From contig CAYWEW010000005.1 of the NCBI GenBank assembly GCA_964457775.1, positions 5,398 through 69,397 of the forward strand: a stretch of DNA of 64,000 bases, in the 5' to 3' direction. The notes under the pieces were generated by a model. That model saw only the letters and a program-made list of their open reading frames with translations. It was not told the origin of the DNA and searched no databases. The DNA is from an uncultured Candidatus Saccharibacteria bacterium. Its GTDB lineage: Bacteria; Patescibacteriota; Minisyncoccia; Phycocordibacterales; UBA5272. Shown piece after piece: positions 10,800 through 20,018 of this stretch (the stretch's first letter is position 1; the number at the start of each line of letters is the position of its first letter). Both the position numbers and the translations under genes were made by a program.

Positions 10800-11477
10800 A
10801 TGTCAATCACACAAGACGCTCTTAAAAAAGCAGGACTTCAATACGGTTATTCTCGTACTCGTCGTCACCCATCAATCAAGCCGTTCGTAGAAGGAAACTT
10901 CAATGGTGTTGATTTTATTAACCTTGCCAAAACAGAAGAGCAATTAAAAAATGCAATCGATTTCTTAGTTTCAATGAACAATGCAGGAAAGGTAATTCTT
11001 TTTGTTGGTGTAAAACCAGAAATCCGCCAAATCGTAAAAGAAGTCGCGCTCTCACTTAATGCTCCTTATGTAGCAGAAAGATTTATTGGTGGAACATTAA
11101 CTAACTTCCCACAAATCAAGAAGCGTATTGAAAAGCTACATGACCTTCTTAAGAAAAAAGAAACAGGGGAACTCGCAGTATATACAAAGAAGGAACAACT
11201 TCTTATTCAGCGTGATATCGACCGTTTAGATCGTGACTTCGGTGGTATTTCATCACTTACTAATACTCCTTCTGCTATTGTTATGATTGATTCACGTCAT
11301 GAAGATATGTGTGTTAAGGAAGCAGCGCGTCTCCACATCCCTGTGGTTGCACTTTGTAATACTGACTGTACACTAGAAGGTATAGAGTATCCAATTGTTG
11401 GTAATGATGGATCTGTTTCGTCTGTACGTTTTGTACTCGAGGCAATCAAAGACGCACTTCAAGTGCAGGTTGCATAA
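10800..11477 (+). CDS. rpsB: 30S ribosomal protein S2
   Basis: ILFVG, RFIGGTLTN, NTD..PIVGND. Confidence 0.95.
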   Translation: MSITQDALKKAGLQYGYSRTRRHPSIKPFVEGNFNGVDFINLAKTEEQLKNAIDFLVSMNNAGKVILFVGVKPEIRQIVKEVALSLNAPYVAERFIGGTLTNFPQIKKRIEKLHDLLKKKETGELAVYTKKEQLLIQRDIDRLDRDFGGISSLTNTPSAIVMIDSRHEDMCVKEAARLHIPVVALCNTDCTLEGIEYPIVGNDGSVSSVRFVLEAIKDALQVQVA

Positions 11478-11526
11478 TGATTCTATTTGTTCGTTATTTA
11501 TTATTAAAATTTAATTTCTAAAATCT

Positions 11527-12003
11527 ATGTCAATGGACACAATAAAAGAACTTCGTGAAGAAACAGGATTATCATTTGCTCAAATTAAAAAAGCTCTTGA
11601 AGAGGTGGGTGGAGACAAAACAAAAGCCCTCGCTATTCTTTCAGAGTATTCAGCTGCTCAAGCAGAAAAGAAATCAGACCGTGAGCTCGCAGCCGGAGTA
11701 GTGTCTTCATATATTCACTCAACTGGAACTGTTGGGGTTTTGCTTCAACTCGGATGTGAGACAGACTTCGTTGCAAAAAATGAAGAATTCGTAGCGCTTG
11801 CACGTGATATCGCTATGCACATTTGTGCTATGTCACCAACATCAATAAATAATGAAGATGGACTAGGGGATGAAACTTCACTCATGAAGCAACCTTTTAT
11901 CAAGAATCCTGAAATGACAATTGAACAAAAAATCCAAGCCGCAGTTCAAAAGTTTGGTGAAAATACAAAAGTAATTCGTTTTTCTCGCTACAGCATTGCT
12001 TAG
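11527..12003 (+). CDS. tsf: Elongation factor Ts (short form)
   Basis: IKELREETG, CETDFVA, DIAMH; follows rpsB. Confidence 0.95.
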   Translation: MSMDTIKELREETGLSFAQIKKALEEVGGDKTKALAILSEYSAAQAEKKSDRELAAGVVSSYIHSTGTVGVLLQLGCETDFVAKNEEFVALARDIAMHICAMSPTSINNEDGLGDETSLMKQPFIKNPEMTIEQKIQAAVQKFGENTKVIRFSRYSIA

Positions 12004-12009
12004 CTACTT

Positions 12010-12411
12010 ATGTCAACAATTCTTTTATTTATAAGTGGAGTAGTATCTTTTACAATAGGGTCTTCAATATTGGCTATTCAGAATTATAAATTATCGAAGG
12101 GTTTGATAAAAATAGAAGAGGGGTATAATGGTCCTGCACAAGTTTCAACAGTACTTCTGATTGTTATTCGCTATCTACTAAAAAGAAGCGTGTATTTCCG
12201 TAAATTTTTTATGCAGTACATGTTTCATATTCTAGTAAGAATAATGAGTTACATAGATACTGGAACAACATGGTTATATGCAAAATCAAGAAATTGGTTC
12301 GTTGAGCATTCAGTTCAAAACAGGGGCACAGTACCACACTTTTGGCATCACCTGAAAGTTTATAAAAAGGAGATGGATCAAGAAAAAGAAAATGAGGGTG
12401 GAATAAAGTAA
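12010..12411 (+). CDS. Hypothetical membrane protein
   Basis: N-terminal hydrophobic helix. Confidence 0.6.
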   Translation: MSTILLFISGVVSFTIGSSILAIQNYKLSKGLIKIEEGYNGPAQVSTVLLIVIRYLLKRSVYFRKFFMQYMFHILVRIMSYIDTGTTWLYAKSRNWFVEHSVQNRGTVPHFWHHLKVYKKEMDQEKENEGGIK

Positions 12412-12513
12412 ATTGTATTTTATAAAATAACGACAAACTGTCGTTATTTTATTTTTAGTATTATTGACAATTATAATAAAAATCAATTTAACAATTATGA
12501 TATACTTTTCTTC

Positions 12514-13071
12514 ATGGAAGATATTAAAATTTCAAATAATATAACTACTGATGAAGTCCCCAAAGATGTGTTTGAGAGTAATGTTACTTTGGAAGAAAAT
12601 AATACAGAATCAATCAAAGAACAAGTGGTAATCGATAAAAAAAGCGAACATGAACACAAACATGTAGATACTTCTCATATTAAAAAAGCTAAACAAAAAA
12701 GAGTTAAAAATATAGTTTTATCGCTCATAGTAATATCTTTTTTCTTTTTTATTACAACAATTTATTCTCAATATAAAGTCTATCAATTAAGTAAAATTGA
12801 GAACGCAAAAGCAGACTTGTTAAAAGGTGAAATACCAAATAACCCACAACAAATTATAGAAGCAGTGTCACGTCATATTTTATTGCCAAAATCAACACCG
12901 CAAGTTGCTGCTGTACAAGACGCCAATAAATTAGTCACCTCACAACCGTTTTTTAAAGATACACTAAATGGCGATGTTGTGCTTGTATATGAAAATACTA
13001 TTGTTATTTATCGACCTTCAAAAGATATTATAGTTGCAGTTGGTGATATTGGGTCAGGAATAGCAAAATAG
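12514..13071 (+). CDS. Single-pass membrane protein, hypothetical
   Basis: One TM; C-terminal IYRPS motif. Confidence 0.7.
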   Translation: MEDIKISNNITTDEVPKDVFESNVTLEENNTESIKEQVVIDKKSEHEHKHVDTSHIKKAKQKRVKNIVLSLIVISFFFFITTIYSQYKVYQLSKIENAKADLLKGEIPNNPQQIIEAVSRHILLPKSTPQVAAVQDANKLVTSQPFFKDTLNGDVVLVYENTIVIYRPSKDIIVAVGDIGSGIAK

Positions 13072-13170
13072 TTAGTATTTTTTGATTGATGTATTCAGTA
13101 TTTAATAACATGACAATTAGAGTGTTTTGTGATAGAATAAATCCTATTGTTTTGGTAGTAAAAATAAATT

Positions 13171-13255
13171 ATGCCGTGAGTAGATCGAGAAGCTTGGCTT
13201 CGAAGATGTCAAAAATTAGCAATTTTTTAACCCGGTTGGTAGAATATTAAAACGT
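13171..13255 (+). repeat. tRNA 5'-associated element (copy 1)
   Basis: 54-nt core 48/54 identical to 51627..51680, flanked by tRNA-Thr 5'-like sequence. Confidence 0.7.
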
Positions 13256-13286
13256 ACATGGTCAGCAGGTAGTAGATAGTAAATAT

Positions 13287-13362
13287 GCCGCTTTAGCTCA
13301 GTTGGTAGAGCAACGGTTTTGTAAACCGTAGGTCCACAGTTCGAATCTGTGAAGCGGCTCCA
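13287..13362 (+). tRNA. tRNA-Thr(TGT)
   Basis: Cloverleaf; acggt-ttTGTaa-accgt; TTCGAAT T-loop; encoded CCA. Confidence 0.95.
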
Positions 13363-13493
13363 ATAATAAGCGGAGCTTATTATGGTGATGCTTCAGCAAG
13401 ACAACTGCTTGTCTTGCGACAGATTCTAATAGGGGTCGCGAGGTTTATATTTTGAGTTTACGAGGAATAGACCTTGTGACCGAATCTGACAAG
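13363..13493 (+). repeat. tRNA 3'-associated antisense/duplication element (Thr copy)
   Basis: Split antisense to the tRNA-Thr 3' end, CTGC-loop hairpin, ggggtcgcga..tgtgacc and partial 3' copy. Confidence 0.75.
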
Positions 13494-13514
13494 TTTTAGC
13501 CAATACTTCAATTT

Positions 13515-14207
13515 ATGATAGACACGAAAAAATATATCTTTACGTTTCTAATAACTTCTACAATTTTTATAACTGCTTTTTTTGCTTCTACTTTTTTTTC
13601 AAATAAGAGGGTTGAGAGTGTGAAGACAATTCAAGACACAATTGCAATAGACATTCTTTCATCAGAAACACAATTTGATTTATTAAAAGAAGTGCCATGT
13701 TCTAATGTAGGGGATACAATTTTGTCTGCTGAACTTTCAGCAATAGGAGATAAGCTTTCACGTACCGAATCAGATCGTGGAGAAGAAGATGATGATGTAG
13801 TATATTTGAAAAAATATTATTCATTATTACAAATAAAAGATTATTTACTTTCAAAAAAGTTAGTTGAAAAATGTGGACTTACTAAGAAACCAGTCTTTAT
13901 CGTTTATTTTTATTCTAATCAAGGAGATTGTCCTGAATGTGAAAGACAAGGATATGTGCTTACTCGTTTAAAAGAAATATATCCTGACCTACGTGTGTAT
14001 TCTTTTGACTATAATCTACAACTGTCAGCTGTTGATTCAATGAAGAAAATTTATCACATAAAATCAGAACTCCCAGCATTGGTTATAGAGGACAAAACAT
14101 CAACTGGTTTCAAAAATTTGGAAGAACTTAGTACTCTTTTACCGGATAATTTAAAAATGTCTACAAGTACAATAACAAGTGGAACAAGTACTAAAAAGAA
14201 AAAATAG
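13515..14207 (+). CDS. Membrane-anchored thioredoxin-like (CxxC) protein
   Basis: N-terminal TM; YFYS..CPEC; LPALVI. Confidence 0.65.
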   Translation: MIDTKKYIFTFLITSTIFITAFFASTFFSNKRVESVKTIQDTIAIDILSSETQFDLLKEVPCSNVGDTILSAELSAIGDKLSRTESDRGEEDDDVVYLKKYYSLLQIKDYLLSKKLVEKCGLTKKPVFIVYFYSNQGDCPECERQGYVLTRLKEIYPDLRVYSFDYNLQLSAVDSMKKIYHIKSELPALVIEDKTSTGFKNLEELSTLLPDNLKMSTSTITSGTSTKKKK

Positions 14208-14221
14208 AATAAATATAAATC

Positions 14222-15484
14222 ATGATAGACCATATATTACAGGGTTTAATGTATCCATTTTTATTCCTATCAATGTTTTTTCAAGTTCTTCTTTTAGAGT
14301 CATTTTTTGAAAATCGTAAAAAAATAAAAGATGAAGAATTGTTTGATATAGAAATATATCCTAGTGTTACAATTGTTGTCCCATGTTGGAATGAGGAAAA
14401 AACATTAGGAGCTACTCTTGACTCACTGCTTTCTCTTGATTATCCAAAAGACAAGTTATCTATTTTTGTTGTTGATGATGGTAGTAAAGATAACACCCTT
14501 TCAATTGCAAAAGATTTTGAAAAGAGGTATCCGAATCAAATAAAAGCAATTACAAAAAATAATGGAGGTAAGCACACTGCTGTTAACTTAGCGCTAAACA
14601 ATTGTACTTCTGACCTATTTGGATGTCTCGATGCAGACTCATTTGTTGATGGCAAAGCTCTTAAAACAATTGTTTCTTATTTTGAAAGAAATAAAAGCGC
14701 AAAAGCTGTCACTCCATGTATTCATATTCGAAATCCAAAAACTATTATACAGCGTATGCAAGCCATCGAATATTTGATGGGGGTATTTTTACGAAAATCT
14801 TTTGGACAATTAGATGCAATACAAGTTACCCCTGGACCATTTTCTATTTTTAAAAGAGAGGTATTTTCTGTTATTGGTGAATATAGAAAAGCACACAATA
14901 CTGAAGACTATGAAATAACCCTTCGCATGCATAAAGCACATTTCAAAATTATGAATTCTCATAAAGCTCTTGTTTATACTGTTGGACCAGCAACTGCAAG
15001 AGGATTCTTTTTTCAGCGTCTTCGTTGGGCTAGAGGGTTTCTTGAAAATTCACTTGATTATAGAGAACTTTTTTTCAAAAAAGAATATGGTAATTTTGGG
15101 ATGTTTACATTACCAGTAGCCTTCTTGTTTGTTTTTTATGGACTCTATGCAGCTTTTTATATGGCATACTTGTTCGTTTCTCATTGGATAGATGTAGTAC
15201 AAAGGTGGCTTACTGTCGGGTTCCATTTTCGTATGCCAATTTTTGATTTATTCTATTTCAACACTGCTGTAATTACTTTCGTTAGTATGGTAATGCTTAC
15301 TATGTTTTTATTAACATTATATATCTCAAGCGTATTATCAGATGATAAGCAAGAATTTTATCGTAATTTTCCAATATTTTTTGTGCTTTACCCACTATTT
15401 GTGCCTTTGTTTCTCGCTAGGGCAGTTTTCGACACTTTTACAAATCGAAAGAACGAATGGGTATTGCAGGACAATAAGAAATAG
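14222..15484 (+). CDS. Processive GT2 glycosyltransferase (PgaC/cellulose synthase-like)
   Basis: DDGSKD, DAD, TED and QRLRW motifs with TMs. Confidence 0.9.
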   Translation: MIDHILQGLMYPFLFLSMFFQVLLLESFFENRKKIKDEELFDIEIYPSVTIVVPCWNEEKTLGATLDSLLSLDYPKDKLSIFVVDDGSKDNTLSIAKDFEKRYPNQIKAITKNNGGKHTAVNLALNNCTSDLFGCLDADSFVDGKALKTIVSYFERNKSAKAVTPCIHIRNPKTIIQRMQAIEYLMGVFLRKSFGQLDAIQVTPGPFSIFKREVFSVIGEYRKAHNTEDYEITLRMHKAHFKIMNSHKALVYTVGPATARGFFFQRLRWARGFLENSLDYRELFFKKEYGNFGMFTLPVAFLFVFYGLYAAFYMAYLFVSHWIDVVQRWLTVGFHFRMPIFDLFYFNTAVITFVSMVMLTMFLLTLYISSVLSDDKQEFYRNFPIFFVLYPLFVPLFLARAVFDTFTNRKNEWVLQDNKK

Positions 15485-15533
15485 TTGTTTTATTCTATTT
15501 TAACCAGCACTATTATGTGCTAAAATCATTTAT

Positions 15534-15932
15534 ATGAATATGGAAAAATCAAATAGCTTGGTAAATCAGGAAATCGGTATAGATAAGAAACTTTGGGATG
15601 CAATGATAGAAATAATGACTGGATTTGAAGTGGAAAGTGGTTTTGATTTTTTGGAGCAATCAAAAATTCTTGATCGAATATATAGTGAGGTTATAGATGT
15701 GTGTCCAACTTTTACAGGTGAAGAGAAGAAAAAATACAGTTATTTAATTGATTCAATTAAAGATATTATGAATGAAATTATTTTTTCTAATAAAAGTATT
15801 GAAGAAAAGAAAGGTTTATGTGTTCAAAAGGCAGAATATATTGGAAAGCTCCCTTCTGCTTATGAAATACGACATAATGTTATCAGAATTACCACTATAC
15901 CAGAACTAGAAAATACAGAACTTCTTGGTTAA
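15534..15932 (+). CDS. Hypothetical protein
   Basis: ORF with a -10 box upstream. Confidence 0.55.
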   Translation: MNMEKSNSLVNQEIGIDKKLWDAMIEIMTGFEVESGFDFLEQSKILDRIYSEVIDVCPTFTGEEKKKYSYLIDSIKDIMNEIIFSNKSIEEKKGLCVQKAEYIGKLPSAYEIRHNVIRITTIPELENTELLG

Positions 15933-15939
15933 TAAATTC

Positions 15940-16701
15940 ATGCAAGGACACATACATCCAATTACATTAGCTATAACGAAAATTTCAGACATCTTTTCTA
16001 AGATGGGGTTTGATACTGTTGATGGTCCAGAACTTGAAGATGAGTGGCATAACTTCGATGCACTAAATGTTGCGAAGAATCACTCATCGCGAGATATGCA
16101 GGACACTTTTTGGATTAAGAATAGAAAAGGTTTAGACAAGTATGGGGAGGAAACTGGTTATGTTCTTCGAACTCATACTAGTAATATGCAAATTAATACT
16201 ATGGAAAAGCATGTAAGAGAAGGGAAGGAATTTCCAATTGCCATTGGTTGTCCGGGTAAAGTGTTTCGTAATGAAGCAACGGATGCAACACATGAGGCAC
16301 AATTTCATCAAATTGAAGGATTTTATGTTGGGAAGGACGCTTCACTTTCTATGATGCTTGGTGTAATGCAAAAGTTGTTCTCAGAATTTTTTGAAACAGA
16401 AACCGTGATTAGATTGCGCTCGTCATATTTCCCATTTGTTGAACCAGGAAATGAATTCGATATGCAATGTTTCAAATGTAAAGGAAATGGATGTAATATT
16501 TGTAAAAGTACCGGCTGGATAGAAATTGGTGGAGCTGGGATGGTACACCCACATGTATTAGAATCAGGAGGAATTAACCCAAATGAGTATAGAGGTTTTG
16601 CTTTTGGTTGTGGAATAGATAGAATGTTAATGCTTAAATACGGTATTGATGATGTGCGTCTTCTTTATAATGGTGACCTTCGTTTGGTTAATCAATTTTA
16701 A
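15940..16701 (+). CDS. pheS: Phenylalanine-tRNA ligase alpha subunit (no N-terminal coiled coil)
   Basis: GHIHP, NFDALN, LRTHTS, FPFVEP, GFAFG. Confidence 0.95.
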   Translation: MQGHIHPITLAITKISDIFSKMGFDTVDGPELEDEWHNFDALNVAKNHSSRDMQDTFWIKNRKGLDKYGEETGYVLRTHTSNMQINTMEKHVREGKEFPIAIGCPGKVFRNEATDATHEAQFHQIEGFYVGKDASLSMMLGVMQKLFSEFFETETVIRLRSSYFPFVEPGNEFDMQCFKCKGNGCNICKSTGWIEIGGAGMVHPHVLESGGINPNEYRGFAFGCGIDRMLMLKYGIDDVRLLYNGDLRLVNQF

Positions 16702-16707
16702 TACATC

Positions 16708-17139
16708 ATGAACCCTTCTTTTTTAAAAACACAATATTGGGAAGTTTTCTTTAATGAAGACCAGATGTATTTGGGTAGAATTGTGATAAAAACTATTACA
16801 CCCCACGAGTCTCTCCCTGATTTAATTGAAGAAGAACAAAAAGATTTTTTTTCACTTATAAAAAAATTGGAGAGTTTCTATAAAGAGACATTAGGAGCAA
16901 CTATGTTTAATTATTCATGTCTAATGAATAATGCTTACAGAGATAATGAATCTCCTCACGTGCATTTTCATTTTAGACCAAGATACAAAAACCCAGTAAC
17001 TATTTTAGGGCAAACATTTACAGATCCAAATTTTGGAGAGCATTATATAAGTCCAACTTTAACAAAAAGTGAACCAGTTAAAATATCAAATGAAGTTAGA
17101 GATTTTATTATTAATAAAATGGTGGAATATTTTAAATAA
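16708..17139 (+). CDS. HIT family nucleotide hydrolase
   Basis: PHVHFHF histidine triad. Confidence 0.8.
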   Translation: MNPSFLKTQYWEVFFNEDQMYLGRIVIKTITPHESLPDLIEEEQKDFFSLIKKLESFYKETLGATMFNYSCLMNNAYRDNESPHVHFHFRPRYKNPVTILGQTFTDPNFGEHYISPTLTKSEPVKISNEVRDFIINKMVEYFK

Positions 17140-17144
17140 CGAAT

Positions 17145-19496
17145 ATGAAATTCTCTAAATCATGGCTACAGGATTATATTGTTGAAAAACTTCCAGAAGA
17201 TGGAGTTATTGCTGATACTTTAAATAAAAAAGCATTTGAGGTTGAAGAGGTTATTACACTTTCCAATGATACAGTTTTTGATATTAAAGTTCTTCCAAAT
17301 CGTGCGCATGATGCACTTGGTCACCATGGTATGGCTTATGAACTTTGCTCTTGTTTTGGTTTTACATTTAAAAAAGACCCTCGAAATAAAGTTTTAGAAT
17401 TTACTGACAAACATATCGCATCACCAGCCGTTGTAATTGATGATGAAAAGTCATGTACTCGTTTCTTAAGCATGAGAATTGATAATGTGACAGTGGGTGA
17501 TAGCCCAGAGTGGTTGAAGAATAGATTAGAAGCAATCGGACAACGCAGTATTAATAATATTGTTGACGCAACCAATTATGTACAATTCGCACTCAATAAA
17601 CCAATGCACGCATATGATGTAAGAAGTGTTAAAGGATCACTTCGTGCGCGCTTTGCTAAAACTGGAGAAGCACTCACAACTCTTGATGGTAAAGAATTAA
17701 CTTTGAACGAGAAGACTCTTGTAATTTCTGATGATGAAAAGGTGCTTGGTCTAGCAGGAATAAAAGGGGGTAAATTTAGTGGAATACAACCCGACACTAA
17801 AAGTATTCTTCTTGAAAGTGCTAATTTTGAACCTACACTTATTCGCAAGACATCACAAAGTTATAATATTCACACTGATGCATCAAAGCGTTTTGAAAAC
17901 GGTATAGCAAACTCACTTTCAATTGAAGGGTTGTATATGACCGCTAATTTGATAAAGGAAATTTGTAGTGATGCTAAAGCGAGTGAACCAACAGATATTT
18001 ATCCTGAAAAGGATACAGCTTACTATGTCGGTGTTTCTCTTCTTGAGATAAATGAAATTCTTGGTACTTCTTACTCGGACGACGAGATTAAAAATACTCT
18101 CAATGGCATGTCACTTCCTTTTGAAATAGTTGTTCCAGAAACATATATAGAAGAAACATACAAAACATTAGTAGGGTCAGTATACAAAAACCCTTCAAGT
18201 ATGAGACGTGATGCACCACAAGCCTTTAGTTGTTCTTCACTCATTAGTTATCTATATAAAGGTGTATGGATGCCGAGTCTTTCCGTTGATAAATATGTTT
18301 TTTCAAAAAAGATAACAAAAGATGATTTAAAATTCGGTGACCTTATTTTTACTAATAGTGGGGAAGGAAATATTAGATATGAATCAGTAGAATTTTTGCG
18401 AGGCACAAAAGTACCTGCTGGGGTAGACCATGTTGCTATGTATTGTGGCGATGGAAAAGTTATTCATGCAACGAAAGTTCACGGTGTTGTAGTTATTGAA
18501 ACTCTCGAGGACTTCTCAATTCGTCGTACTATAGTTGGGTATGGAAGAGTAGCTGACAATTTGGATGAGGAAAGATACGTAGTGCGTGTTCCGTCTGTGC
18601 GTTTAGATTTAAGAATCAAGGAAGATTTGGCGGAAGAAATTGGACGTATTATTGGATATGAGAAACTTGTACCAACTTTGCCAAAACTTAATCGTGTCGG
18701 TATTCCACATAAACGTATGTATTATGAAAATAAAATTCGAGAGATTTTAATTTCAAAAGGATTTTCGGAAGTAATAACATACACTTTTGGAAATGAGGGG
18801 GAGGTAGAGATTGTAAAAGGTTTAGCTTATGATAAAGAAAAGTTGCGCAATAATTTGGGTAAGGGTTTGCTACAATCACTTTCCCTTAATATTTACAACG
18901 GACCAGTGCTTGGTCAAAAAATTATTAAGATTTTTGAAATTGGAAACGTGTTCGGAAAAGATTTGGAGGTTAGACACTTATCGCTTGCAATCGATGATGG
19001 CGCCAAGAAGAGTAGTTTTACGGAAGAAATAGATATGATTCTTGCAGAAATAAAAAGAACATTAAATATTAAAGAAATAGAATATCAAACAGTATCTACA
19101 AAACCTTATGTGATTGAAATTGATTTTGATACACTTATTTCAAATCTACCAGAATCATCAATATATGAAGCGCCTACGTTCACGTCTCTCCCTTTGGTTA
19201 ATTACAAACCAGTCTCTGCTTATCCGTTTATTACCCGTGATATTGCTATGTGGGTACCTGATACTGTCACATGGGAAGATATCAATTCTGTTTGTGCTGA
19301 AGTATCTAATCCTCTTGTTACTCGTATTGATATTTTTGATACGTTTTCAAAAGAAATAGAAGGTGTAAAAAAGACATCATACGCCTTTCGTTTAGTATTT
19401 CAAAGTTATGAAAAAACATTAACTGATGATGAAGTGAATATAATGATGGGGGATTATTATCAGGTTTTGAAAGATAGAGGGTACGAAATTAGATAA
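17145..19496 (+). CDS. pheT: Phenylalanine-tRNA ligase beta subunit with inserted NlpC/P60 domain
   Basis: PNRAHD, INNIVDATNY, RLDL..EDLAEEIGR and FDX-ACB end (RDIA..LTDDEV); about 145-aa insert in B5. Confidence 0.93.
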   Translation: MKFSKSWLQDYIVEKLPEDGVIADTLNKKAFEVEEVITLSNDTVFDIKVLPNRAHDALGHHGMAYELCSCFGFTFKKDPRNKVLEFTDKHIASPAVVIDDEKSCTRFLSMRIDNVTVGDSPEWLKNRLEAIGQRSINNIVDATNYVQFALNKPMHAYDVRSVKGSLRARFAKTGEALTTLDGKELTLNEKTLVISDDEKVLGLAGIKGGKFSGIQPDTKSILLESANFEPTLIRKTSQSYNIHTDASKRFENGIANSLSIEGLYMTANLIKEICSDAKASEPTDIYPEKDTAYYVGVSLLEINEILGTSYSDDEIKNTLNGMSLPFEIVVPETYIEETYKTLVGSVYKNPSSMRRDAPQAFSCSSLISYLYKGVWMPSLSVDKYVFSKKITKDDLKFGDLIFTNSGEGNIRYESVEFLRGTKVPAGVDHVAMYCGDGKVIHATKVHGVVVIETLEDFSIRRTIVGYGRVADNLDEERYVVRVPSVRLDLRIKEDLAEEIGRIIGYEKLVPTLPKLNRVGIPHKRMYYENKIREILISKGFSEVITYTFGNEGEVEIVKGLAYDKEKLRNNLGKGLLQSLSLNIYNGPVLGQKIIKIFEIGNVFGKDLEVRHLSLAIDDGAKKSSFTEEIDMILAEIKRTLNIKEIEYQTVSTKPYVIEIDFDTLISNLPESSIYEAPTFTSLPLVNYKPVSAYPFITRDIAMWVPDTVTWEDINSVCAEVSNPLVTRIDIFDTFSKEIEGVKKTSYAFRLVFQSYEKTLTDDEVNIMMGDYYQVLKDRGYEIR

Positions 19497-19497
19497 T

Positions 19498-20016
19498 ATG
19501 AAATTAGAAGTCCCTTATTACTCACAATTTATTGATATACAAGATTCTTTTTGGATGATAAGAGCATGTGGGGGTTTGTGTTTGAAGATGGTTGCAGAAT
19601 ACCACTTGCCCGTCGGTACCCCGAATAGGGAGGGTGTAATAGTTCCAGATATTTTGTCATTATGCAATGAAGCAAAAGATCGAGGTGGTTACGATATTCA
19701 AAATGGCTGGGTGCATGATTATATAGTAAGCAAAGCACAAGAGTTTGGACTAAAAGCACATAGAAAAGAAGGACTAAAAGACATAAATGAGATAACTACA
19801 TTTCTTGATGCTGGAAGCCCAGTGATAGTTTCGGTAGAAAAAAGAGTTCTTGAACAGACTCGTTTTCATATGATTGTGGTTGTTGGGTATGATAATGAAA
19901 ATATTATTTATCATGAAAGTGAATCAACAGATAAAGAAAAGGGTCAATATAGAAAATGTAGTAAAGAAATATTCATGAATTATTGGCGAGGTAAGGCAAT
20001 TTTTATTTCAAAATAA
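19498..20016 (+). CDS. C39-like cysteine peptidase
   Basis: VPYYSQ, ACG..LKMV, PVIVSV, HMIVVVGYD. Confidence 0.8.
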   Translation: MKLEVPYYSQFIDIQDSFWMIRACGGLCLKMVAEYHLPVGTPNREGVIVPDILSLCNEAKDRGGYDIQNGWVHDYIVSKAQEFGLKAHRKEGLKDINEITTFLDAGSPVIVSVEKRVLEQTRFHMIVVVGYDNENIIYHESESTDKEKGQYRKCSKEIFMNYWRGKAIFISK

Positions 20017-20018
20017 TT

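Noticed and set aside
15500-15530. CIRCE-like site (cagcac...gtgctaa)
   Set aside because: Wrong spacing and incomplete arms; not upstream of a chaperone gene.
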